From Vitrella brassicaformis CCMP3155 (lineage: Eukaryota > Protista > Chromerida), in assembly GCA_001179505.1 (NCBI GenBank), contig CDMY01000182.1:1-64000 (forward strand): 64,000 nucleotides of DNA, read 5' to 3'. Made by a program: the position numbers and the translations under genes. The notes beneath the pieces are model-generated. The model was not told the DNA's origin. It saw nothing but the letters and a program-made list of their open reading frames with translations, and did no database searches. Below are positions 50,384 to 61,900 of the stretch, piece after piece (within the stretch, counting starts at the first letter, position 1; each line of letters starts with the position of its first letter).

Positions 50384-52992
50384 ATGTGCCACGTGTGCGA
50401 GCGCCTGCGGACCTTCGACGAGGCCGTTACCGAGGCCAAGGCCTCGTGGAAGCTGTGGAATCACCTCCTGCCCTCCCTGAAGCTCCTTCTCGCTGTGTTG
50501 GCGCTGGGGTGTGCTGTGGGCGGCCTTGTGGCGGCCCTGTTCATCCCTGGCTCGACCCTCGTGCTTGTCGGCGTCTACCTGGCGCTCGATGTGCGGGCGT
50601 ACCTGCGGTTCCGCCAGCGGCGGAGAGATCTGCAGGAGATGGAGCACTACCGCTCCCCCCACCTGGACGAACACTTCAGGCCATACCTGGAGAAACAACT
50701 GCTCGACCAGCCGCCTGAGGACCTCTACAGGTGCGGCGACTCACGGTGCCGTCTTGTGTCAGATCTTCCCTCACTCATGTCCCTCTCTCTGCGTGCGTGT
50801 GTAGTTCTTTCTTCTACGCGTTTTTTGGCCAAGCGCCGGAGACCATATCGGTGCAGCAGTTGGTGGATTGGTTCGATTGCCACACCCCGCGCGACATCAA
50901 GCACACCAAGGACATCATCCCGGTGTTGGAGGCCAAGCTGGGCTTCAAGTTCCCCGACCACGTGCGGGAGATCCCCGATGTCACGCCACAAAACTACTGC
51001 CCCCGCACACACGGCATCCGGTACGGTACACACATGGATGGCCACACACACATACGCAAGGACCTGCCTCGCTCACTTGTCGGTCTGTCTCTTTGTCTGA
51101 TGGCCCAGCTACGGTGAGACTCGGATGGAGGCCTTCTACCGCCCTCTGGTGCTGGTGCTTGTGGTACGTCTGGTGAGCCTGACGTGCCGTCTGGTGCTGC
51201 AGGCTGTCGGATGGACGTTCCATCCTCCTCGTGGCGACTACATGATGGAGTATTTCGTCTCCGACCCGCGGTCAGCCGCCGACAAGGCCGCCGGCAAGAG
51301 GATGGACCCCCCGCCTCTACTGCGCGTGCACGGTAAGCAAGATGGCGAGACCAACCGGCAGCGAGAGCGGCGTTCCTGACGGTGTCCGACTTTTTGACAG
51401 GTTTCGGGCTGGGAATGTTATACTACTTTCCTCTGCTGATGTCGCTGTGGTTCCGGTCGTCGCCCCTCTGCCAGTGGATCAGCTGGGGCATCTTCTTCAA
51501 GAAGCGTGAGGCCCCATCGCCGCTGCGCCCGATGGTCTTTGTCGAGATGCAGTGGATCGGCCTCTACCCCCACGGCGACTTCGACCTCGCCCGCTGCCCC
51601 ACCATGATGCAGTCCGTCGAGGAGATGGTGGCATTCCTTGAGCATGAGAAGCTCGTCAGCAGCGAAGCCGTCATCCGAATGGAGACGGCGTGGGCACAGC
51701 GGCATGGCAAGGGCGCCCAGGTGCAGATCGACACGCAGGTGGATGTCTTCTGCCAGTCGTATGGGACAGGGGTCGTGTCGCTGCTGCATCGGCGGTTTCC
51801 GGGGCTCATCCGGAGGGCCCTCTTGTTCGATCCCATCTGCTTCATCCCCCAGCTTACCAAGAAGGTATAAGACACATCAGCGTGGTCTCTTTCTGGCTGC
51901 CTTGTTGATTGTTGTCTTGTTTCTTGCAGGCCCAGCTGACGCAGCTGACCCCACTACAGGTGCACAGCGAGGTGCCACTGCCGGCTACCATCCTCCCCGC
52001 CCGCTCCCTCCCCTGCATCCACCCCATCAAGCGCCGCCTCCTCGATCAAGACGCCATGTCGACCGACGCCTCCTGCGGATACGACAGCGACACCTCACCC
52101 TACCACTTGTCCGCCACATCCTCGCCCCAGAGCACACACCTCCAGCCGCCCGACCCTGCCGGGCTGCGCCAGCGCGCCAACCGCAGACACACGATCGCCT
52201 CCGAGCACAATGCCAGCACGCCCAACTTGTGCGGGCTGGTGGCGGATGGGTTCAACGCGGAGATGGGCATAAGCCGCAGGTGTCAGCGGAGAGCATCGAA
52301 GCGGCTGAGGGCCATGGGGGAGAAGGCGAATACGCTCTTCCGAGAAAGGTGAGAGGCGGGGAGAAGAAATGAGATTGATAGGATAAGTGGCCGGTCTGGT
52401 TTGGGTGGTGAACCTCGGTGTGTCGGTTGATGTTGTTGTTCATCATTTGTTCATTCAGGTTTCAGCTGTGGATGATGTGGCTGGTCGCTTACAAGGAGTT
52501 CGGGACCATCTGGACGGCGGGCAGGCAGCTCCAAGGTGAGGGATGGAGGGAGGGAAGCGAGAATGATGTATGCAGTTTTCCGGTGTGTGCAGGGTGCGAG
52601 TACATCGACAGGGGCGACCTCTTCCGCCTGAAGGATAACCTCATGGTCCGCCCGACACATGACATCGACACACTCGCTCTGTCGGCGTGTCATGCGTGTG
52701 TGTGTGTATGTGTGCGTGTGTGCGTGGTGTGTGCAGGTAGTTTTGGCTGGTGCTGACGGGCTGCTCGCCTCCCAGGCCATCCAGGGCTTCATCAAGAGCA
52801 ACGAGGAGGCCGTCCAGCTGCTCGTTGTGCCAGAGTGAGCACATGAGCACGCCACGCCACACGATAGCAGCGTTCACCTCCCTCCCTCTGTGTTCTTCTG
52901 CCTGTGTGTGGGTCAGTGCTTCGCACGCCTTCTCTCTTTATTTCGAAGAAGGTCTGGAGGCGACGCTTCGTTTCCTGACGCACGAGAACTGA
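50384..52992 (+). CDS. Membrane-anchored alpha/beta hydrolase
   Basis: N-terminal hydrophobic segments, then LRVHGFGLG (oxyanion), VFCQSYGT (nucleophile elbow), LLFDPICF, VLAGADGL (Asp) and ASHAF (His). Ends LTHEN* at 52992. Confidence 0.8.
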
Positions 52993-55187
52993 CTTACTGG
53001 CTGAGCCGCCTTGACCGACACACATATACACAGATAGGGAGTGAGAAGTGGCCTGTGCTGGCTCGGCCCGCCATGTGTGTCTGTGTGTGTGCGTACTCGC
53101 ACTGATGGGTGGATGAGCCTGTGTGAGCGGGGAAAAGAGAGAGGGAGTGTGCGTTCGTGTTGGACCACCAGTGCGTGCGTGTGTCAGAGAGGCGGGCAGT
53201 CAGCTGATTGATTTGTCATCTGTGCATCTGCATCATCGCATGGATCGGGTTTTTCGTGCGTCCGAGCTCTCGCCCTCCCGGCTTCATGCCTGCCTACCTG
53301 CCTGCCTGCCTGCCGGTACGGTGCACTTGTTGCATTTTAGTGAGAAGGAGCTGAGCAGAAAGGGCACACAGACGGTGGGAGGGCCATCGGGCTGCTGCCT
53401 CGTGTGCTTCATCTGTGGTCTTTTATCTATTCATTGAGCCAGCAAACAGCTTTTCCAGACAGGCAAGGTGAGAGCTGGATGGGTGGATTGATTTGTCAGT
53501 GGGGAGGTAGGCCGCAGTCAGCTGGGAGATGGGGAGGGGGTGAGGGACAGGGGGAAGAGCAGATTTTGTTGTGTATGGTACGTCCGCACTCTCTGTCTGC
53601 TATTGTGGTGTTGTGTTGTGCTGTGCTGTGTTGTGCTGTGTTGCGTGTCTGTCTGTCTGTCTGTCTGTGTCTCTGTGTGGGTACGTGTGTATGTGTACAG
53701 CTAGATGTGTACATGTCGTGTGTGTCATCCGTCGAGTGCAGTACTGCATGCATCCGTCCATCCATGTGGTATATTTTTTACCCACCCCACCAGCCATCCA
53801 CTGGATACACAGCCTAAGGAAATGAAGGAATGAATAGATCGATCGATCGATACAGATCGATCGATACACATCAGTACACACGTGTACGTAGATACGCATT
53901 GATTGCCTGACAGAATTCCCTGCATATGCGTGTCCACGTGTGTGTGTGTCTCTCTGTGTGTGTGTGTGTGGATGCATTCAACGCTGCCTGCAACACTTGT
54001 AACCAACATGATATGAACGGATGTTTGTCTCTGTCTGTCATGCCTGCCTCCTCTCTCTGAATGTCTGTGCGTGCTGTGTGTTAACGAATCATTCGTTCCC
54101 CTATCTGTCTGTGTATTGATGTGTGTGCGTGTGTTGGTTGGTTGATGTGATGCCCGTCCGCCCCTTTAGGCGGACATTTATAGGCACGCTTTCGATGCAT
54201 GCTTGTGTGCAAGGACACAATCAATGCATTGATGAGCGGATTGTGTGCAAGACCTGGAAGTGTCTGTGCGTGTCGCTTTGTGTGCACGGCTGGGAGGGAG
54301 GGAGGGAGGGAGGGGAGGGGCTGCGTGTGCGTGTGTCGTGTGTGTGTGTGTGTGTGTATAGCATATAGCCAGCTACAGCTAGTGATATGATATCCATCAT
54401 GCCTGGCTGGGTTTATAGCTAGTAGCATCGATCCATGGGTATGAGTGACTGACTGACTAAAGGACAGAACGACGTCGACTGGCTCGGCTCGGCCGCGGCC
54501 GGTGCGATTGATGAATGAATGAATGATTGATTGATTCGTTCGCTCTTCGACGCATCAACTTGAAGTAACTCTGCGCGCTCGAATGAGTCTGTCAACGTGA
54601 AAATCTCCCTGTCAGTCGACAACAGTCTCCAGCATATCTCACGCTTGTTTCAGCTGGAGTGGGCGACATGCATCGTACGTGCTACACACACCGTAGATGC
54701 AGTCGCTCGTACTGTCGCGGCCCCCCGGAGAAGAAGACATGAGAGGCGTCCTTGCTTTTGTTGACCGGCGCAATCTGGCTTCGGCGTCACCTACAGCAAG
54801 AGGGACAATGCATGGCAGGCCACAGCCATGTACTTTTCTGGAGGCGCGAAACTGCACTCACTGGTAGCATGCTACCGGTGAGTGGGATCGATCGTTGCAA
54901 ATTGCATCAGACACCGTTTCGTCAAAAGTCTCTGCCTGGATATGTAACATATGCGCTCAAGCGTGGCTGCTGATGGATCAAAAACAAACAGCAGAAAACC
55001 CAACACCCAAACGAAGGCATACTATGGCTTTGTTCGCCACACATTACCGGGACTAGAGCTGTCTTTTCCTAAGCAGCCTAACCTCTCACAAAAACCCCCG
55101 GAAAGCACATGTAGCAATCAGTCCCAAACATACACCCGCTAAAACACATCTAAGAACTTGTTATTGTGCGCCCTTGCCAGCCTTCTT

Positions 55188-58100
55188 CTACAGGCGACGC
55201 GCAGCAGCGGCCTTGACTTCGTAGTGGTCCACCCAGCGGCCTGTCGGCGTGACGAATTTGGTGGGGTCGTCGTCCTTAGTCGATCGGCTCATCTTGCACG
55301 AGGCGGCAAGCTCTTCATAGTCAAAGGACTTGCAGCTGGTCTCCTCCAGACACTTGCGGGCGCATGAGGCGGCCTTCTTGACGGTGAAGACGGGGAAGTC
55401 GCCGGACACCAACAACTCCTTCTCCGAATACCTGTGGCCACACACACCAAGACACGGCACAAAATGTGATGCATGGACAGTGTGTTGCAGATGCGTGCCT
55501 GTCGAATTGCAGCAGAGGGTTTTCGCCTTCTACGGTGGTGAGGTCGACTCCCCCGGTGGTGATTTCAGCTCCCTCAGTCTCCATGAGGGGTGAGAATTCG
55601 AGTGGCAGTCTCATGAAGGTGTCGTTGGTCTTGAGGTACAGGACGCCTTGGCCGCCCGACCACAAAGTGCGCGACAGATCGCACGCATCGGGGTCCGTGT
55701 AGCACACTGTCCGGATAATGAATGCAATGCAGCACACAATGACACAGAGAAACAAACAAACAGAGAGACAGACCGACAGACAGACCGACAGACAGACCGA
55801 CAGACAGACCGACAGACAGACAGACAGACAGAAAGCGAGACAGAGAGGGAGAGGACGTGACATGAGCCTGATGGATGGATGTTGGCGGTTCATGTGTGTA
55901 TGTGTGTGTTGGTGAGGTGCGTACCCTGGAGTCCGTCGGTTTCCTTGAGGAAGTGTGCGACGTTGATTCTGAGTTCGGTCTGTCCCTTGGGCGGGATGAT
56001 TCCGTGGGGCGTGCCGGCCATGGTCATCCAGTGGTGTGCTGAGATGGGCATGTAGTGGATAGCGGTGCCCGTGGTGGGGTACGCCGAAGTGGCCGAAACG
56101 GCCTTGTGTGTCGTGGCGCTCTTGAGCCCGACCTTGATGTGCTTGTCGCTCTGCGGGTTGAAGGCGTCGGCGTGCGTGATGCCATGGACGTTCTCGTACA
56201 AGAAGTGGATGGGGCCGCTCTCCTCGAGCACCACCTGGAAGTTGATGGTCCCCGCCCCGGCGTACTTGAAGCCGCTCCAGTGCACCGTCACGTCGTGCTC
56301 ATCGACCTCCACGTACACGCCATCCGCCGTCGACAACTCGGACGATGCGTACCCGTTGATCACCTGACCAAACAAGTCAATGCGATGCGGCCACACACAC
56401 GGAGGATGGACGCCAAGTGGATAGATGAGTGCGCGTCTACTGACCCCGTCGTAGCCGAGTAGGATTGAGCCGTCGAGTGAAACCTTCATGGTTGAGTAGA
56501 TGCCACCGAAGTACGGGACAGGGAAGGGCAGAGCCACCTCCGTCTCCCTCTCGCCAGATTCAAACGTGAGCTTGTTCTCAGCCGTCTTGTTCTCGAACCA
56601 GAAGAAGTCACCTGAACAAGACAAGTATTCTCATATATGTTTCCCTTATCTCACTACTTCGTCTCAGCGGCTTCTACCAGTGGTCATGACGTAGTCGGGG
56701 GCGGTGGGGATCTGAGTGTCCATCCCCAGCTGCGCGCTGTACATCAGGCCCTTGACCGTATCCTCATTAGATATCTGACCAACGGCGGGACCCATGCGCA
56801 TCGCGGAAGAAATGTAATGGTCGTGACGCTGACTGACCTTGACTTTGTAGGTGTTAGCTGTGTTTGACGGGATGCGCTCCCGGATGCTGGCGGGGGATAC
56901 GCCGAAAGAGGCCCCCTCACATGTGAGTGTGAGTGTCTTGCTTGTGGCAACCTCCCGGCCGGTGGGCGAGCCTTCGTTGGTCGCCAGGTGCAGAGTGGCC
57001 GTGCGGGTGCCGCTCTTGGACGGGATGCAGCGGACCTGATGAAAGAAACAACAAACCACCCAACACAACACAACACATACAAAGAGACGAAGAGACAAAG
57101 AGACGGACAGGCAGACGTCAGCTCACTGGGTGTGGTAGGTCTGACCTTGAGAAGGTGGGATTCCTGGTTGGGCGAGACGGTGACGATCATTCCCCTAGGG
57201 GGCAGCACTTCAAAGTCGTTGGCATGGTCTCCCGTCACGTCTTGCACTTGCACGGCCAGGACACCGGGGCCACTGTTGGCTATGGGCACCTCAACAGCAG
57301 GGCTGGGCACGTGCACAGCACTCTTGCCCACTGACAGACTCGGAGGCAGAGCCGGCGACAAACTCGACCCGCCCAACGCCAGCAGCCGCAGGGAAGAAGT
57401 CACACCGCTGCCGCCGCTCTGGATGTCCAGCGTGGCCCTGCATACATGAAGCCAATACGGCAAAAAGGTGTCTGGATGGATGGGTGCATTGCAACGCCAG
57501 CATGTGTCCCAAACATGCATACCCGTATTGGCCGGCAGTTACAGCGTCGACTTCGACTGTCACATCGACTGTGGCGCCCGCTGCTACTGTGGCCGTCGCC
57601 GGATACGACACGGCGCTGGTCAAACCCGCCGTCATCTGCACTCATGCATACATGTCAGGACACCCACCTCTTCTGCACTACCATGGACAGACAGTCAGTC
57701 ATTTGGTGGATGGCTTACCTGCAGGGCCTTGCTGACGTTGAGTCTCTTCTCGGTGACGGTCAGGAACGTGTCGTTTTCAGAGAGGGGCGTGCCACTCTGC
57801 AACAGGACGTCCTTCTGCTGGGCCCACGTGAGGTCAGGATTGACCGCCAACATGAGCGCCACAGCACCCGTCACGTGCGGCACGGCCATCGATGTGCCGT
57901 TGGCCGTGTACAGCCTTCAGAAACGTGCCATCCATCCACATAGAATAAATAATACATGAGCACGCACATTCAGGGATCACCACAAGTGTGCATGTCGCTT
58001 ACGATTCATTGAATAGGCTGGTTGGCACGGTGGAGACGATGTTGGCCCCGGGCGCTGCGAGGTGGATGGTCTCGTTGCCGTACGAGGCCCAGTAGGGGAT

Positions 58101-58733
58101 GTGGCCCTCCTCATCATGCGCCGTAACCGTCACCATGTTGGGAATGCCGAAAGTCGCCGGGAAGTCGGGCATGGCGTCGTTGTCGTAACCCTCGTTGCCT
58201 GATATGGTATACGTACATGAATCATCACGCGAGCATCCATCCTGTGTAGATGTGTGTCTCGTTGCCTGCCTGCGGCACAGATGAATAGCTGGTTGGCCTT
58301 CATGTTTGCGACAATGGCGTTGTAAAGTGCGGCGCTGAATCGGACTCCTCCCCACGAGTTGCTCGTCACGTGCGCCCCGTGGTCCACCGCATACTCGAGG
58401 GCCTCGATCGCATCCGACATCAGACCTAACAAACACATACATGCATGTACAGATGGGCCACACAGAGGCAGAGAGCATCACTCAGAGGGCATCAGTGATT
58501 GAGTCAACTAATGACGTACCACTGCCGTCAGCCGCAAGGAACTTGAGTGCCATGATCTGGGCATTCCACGCAACACCGCTGACTTCAGCTCCATTGTTGC
58601 CCTTGGCGGCAATGACACCAGCAACTGAAACACATATGTACACGAACAGACAGACAGACAGACAGACAGGCGTGTTGTCAGCGACCCTGGCTCCACAGTC
58701 GATTGACGTCCATCGGCCGGTTGATCTGCCAGC

Positions 58734-58774
<41 letters not shown>

Positions 58775-58776
58775 GC

Positions 58777-58807
<31 letters not shown>

Positions 58808-58890
58808 GTCTGTCTGTCTGTCTGTCGCTCTGTCTGTCTGTCTGTCGGTCTGTCTGTCTGTCTGTCGGTCTGTCTGTCTGTCTGTCGGTG

Positions 58891-58928
<38 letters not shown>

Positions 58929-61900
58929 CAAATGGTGTGTCCGCCTTTATACCATGTGTTCCGTGTCCGGCGTCATCCATGGGGTCGCCATCCTGGTTGC
59001 GGAAGTCGTAGCCGTAGATGTCATCAATGTAGCCGTTGCCTGCCAGCCCACACACGCACCCACCCATGTACCCGACACATACATGCATGGTAGCTGGATG
59101 TATGTGCCTGCCTGCCTGCCAACATACCGTCGTCGTCAACGCCTGCTTGTCCGTTGAGCTCGGCCTGGTTGACCCAAAGGTTGTCCTTGAGGTCGTTATG
59201 GGTGTAGTCGACCCCCGTGTCGAGCACGGCCACGACAGGGCCGTTGGGCAGCTTGGCGGACGAGCCAGTTGTGACGGACCATGCGTCGGGGGCTCCGATG
59301 GACATCATGCCCCACTGGTTGCCGAAGGAGGGGTCATTGGGAACTGTGCCTGTGGCCTTGACCACCTGGTCCTCCTCGCAAGCCGCCACAGTCTCGTCGC
59401 TGCAGATGTCGTCCACATGCCTCTGGAACTCGGTGATGTTGGCAGGACTGCTCGGGTCGACATATAACTCCAAAATGTCCACGTGGCTACGATTCATCTT
59501 CCGGTGCTCCTTGATGGCTAAGCACACACACGCAGAATATGACTCGGGGAGCGAGGGAGCAATGCACATGTTGACTCTTGTCCACGCCTGCCTGCCTCCC
59601 TGGCTGTCTGCCTTTCGTGCGGCCATCCATATCTACATAGGTGCACAGGTACCGTCTCCGAGTTTGTCGTCGATGTCTGTGAGCCCGCTGAGTCGTCTGC
59701 GGCCTGCCTCTGCAGCGGTAGCGTTGTGGTAGACGACCAGGATGCGGGGAGGCAGCCCCAGAGCGGTGATGCTGCCGCTGGGGGGAGTGCCAGTCAGCTC
59801 ACGCCCCGACTTGCCGCCTTTGCCACCGGGCAGGTCGGCCTTATCCGCAGACGTGCTGCAGCAACCCAACGACACACACAGAGGTCGGAATGCACGGCAT
59901 GAATGTCTTCGGCATGAATGTCTTGCTGACGTGTGTTCTTCTTTGGCCTGGAGTGCTCGTCTGGCGGTTTGTGTGGCGTTGGTGACGTTGTTGAGGTCGA
60001 GTGACTCCTGGATGTCGGCCTCGATGGCAGCGTGTGCATTCGACAGCTTGGCAAAGTCATCGGCAGTGAGGAAAAGTGGCAGCGGCATGGGCAGCCAGGG
60101 GACCGTGCCAGTGGTGTCGCTCAGGTGGAACAGACCCAGGCTGTACAGCATCGATATGTCCGCACTGATCGATCCACGGATCGACGGATGGACACCAATG
60201 ACAACGAGGCATAACAAAGATATACAAACACACAGAATCACATGGGGCTGGCCATGTTGTTGTTGGCCTGTTACTTGAATAGTTCTGTGTTGATGACGTC
60301 TCTGTTTCTGGAGATCATCCAGAGGTCGAGGTCGGTGAATACGGGCGAAAAGGCGGCGGCGGTGGACTCCTGTGTGTTGGCTGGGGAGGTCGTGAAGAAA
60401 CCCATGTTGACCATCTCGCTGAACAACGCAGACCCAGCCGTTGCATTCAACTCGCCAAACAATGACGCACTCGACTGCACACTCCGACAGAGACAGACAG
60501 GAATACAACACAATGCATATGGGTGTTTGTCGCGAACGCTCCCCCTTGGCTTGCCGGCTTGCTGACCGTGTCCAATGTGACGGCGAGTATCTTGTTGTCG
60601 TCGTCCACCTTGACCGAACGGATGAGGTATTCATTGGCCTTTGCCTCCGTGTAGTTCCAGTCGCCTGACACTCGGAAAAGGGTGCTAGAGGGGAAGTCCA
60701 CATACGACAGCCGACGGGAGCCACCACCACCCTGCTTGGCCTTGAGCTGACGAGCCTGCACAAAGCAAGCACACACAGGGAGAGAGGGGAGGTAGAGAGC
60801 GAGACACCTCTGGCTGGTGATTGACTGATGTTCCATCCATCCCCACGTACCTACCGGTGGGGGTGTGATGTTTTTCCAGTAGAAGTCGGGGGTGGCGGCG
60901 TTGATAGCAGTAGTGTCGAATGACGAGAGGAGGACCATGTTCCACTTGTGCAGCACGTGGTCCTTGGCCGCACCCACCAACGACTCCCACGTCGTACCTG
61001 CCTTCATACCCAGATCACGAGGAGTCACCTCACTAACACAGACACAACACGCAACCATGTTGCACTCATGTGGTGATGTCGTGTTCCCTCTCAGCTGGCT
61101 GTCCGGGTGGTTAACTGACCTCTTGCGCCACGCGGATGTTTCAAAAAGACTGAGGTCGAAGTTGGAGAGGTGCGCTGAGGCAGGGAACTCACCGATGGCG
61201 CAGTCGTGGAAGTTGGGGCGCCAGTTGGACGACCTGAGGAAGGCAAGATCAATCACCCATGATGATTGCAGGGTGTGGTGTCCTACTTGAAGAATCCGAT
61301 GGGTTCTGCGTGCCCCTCGTACACGGCCCAGAAGCGGGCGCCGCCATAGTTGGATGCGGTGGGTGTGGTGAGGTTCTGGTACTCGAAGCCCCATGGCTTG
61401 ATGGCGCCGTCGCGGGAGCGGATGAAGCCCCACGGGTGCCACACGCCATCCTGGCTCTTGTAGACGCCCCATGGGTAGAACGTGTTGTTGTAGCTGCCAC
61501 ACAAGACACACGCAGTTTGATACCTTGGTCGGCTACTCGCTGGCGCTTTCGCATATGACATCTGTGTGTTTACCTGAAGTATCCGATAGGCACGATTTTC
61601 CAGGAGACGTCCTTCCAGGTGCTGGCCGTTGGGGACATTTCCATTGTGGGGTCGGCTGGGCTGTAGGACCCTCCGTCGGTCGCTGGGGGAGCTGGAGCAG
61701 CCTCCAGACGCCGGCCAGCGACCTCTTCCTGGTAGAACAGGCCGCATGAGATGCATCGCTGGATGCCTGGGGAGTTCCAGCGCTGGATGCCTGGGGAGCC
61801 CCAGCGCTGGATGCCACCGGACATCCATCGGGAGAAGCCGGGAGGCAGCAGCATGCCGTCCTCGCCACCCTCGGTGCTGCGGGCGATGCCGGGTGACATC

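Noticed and set aside
58482-59139. TDRQ/SVCL repeat ORFs (also 55321-55893)
   Set aside because: Intronic (TCTG)n/(GACA)n tracts.
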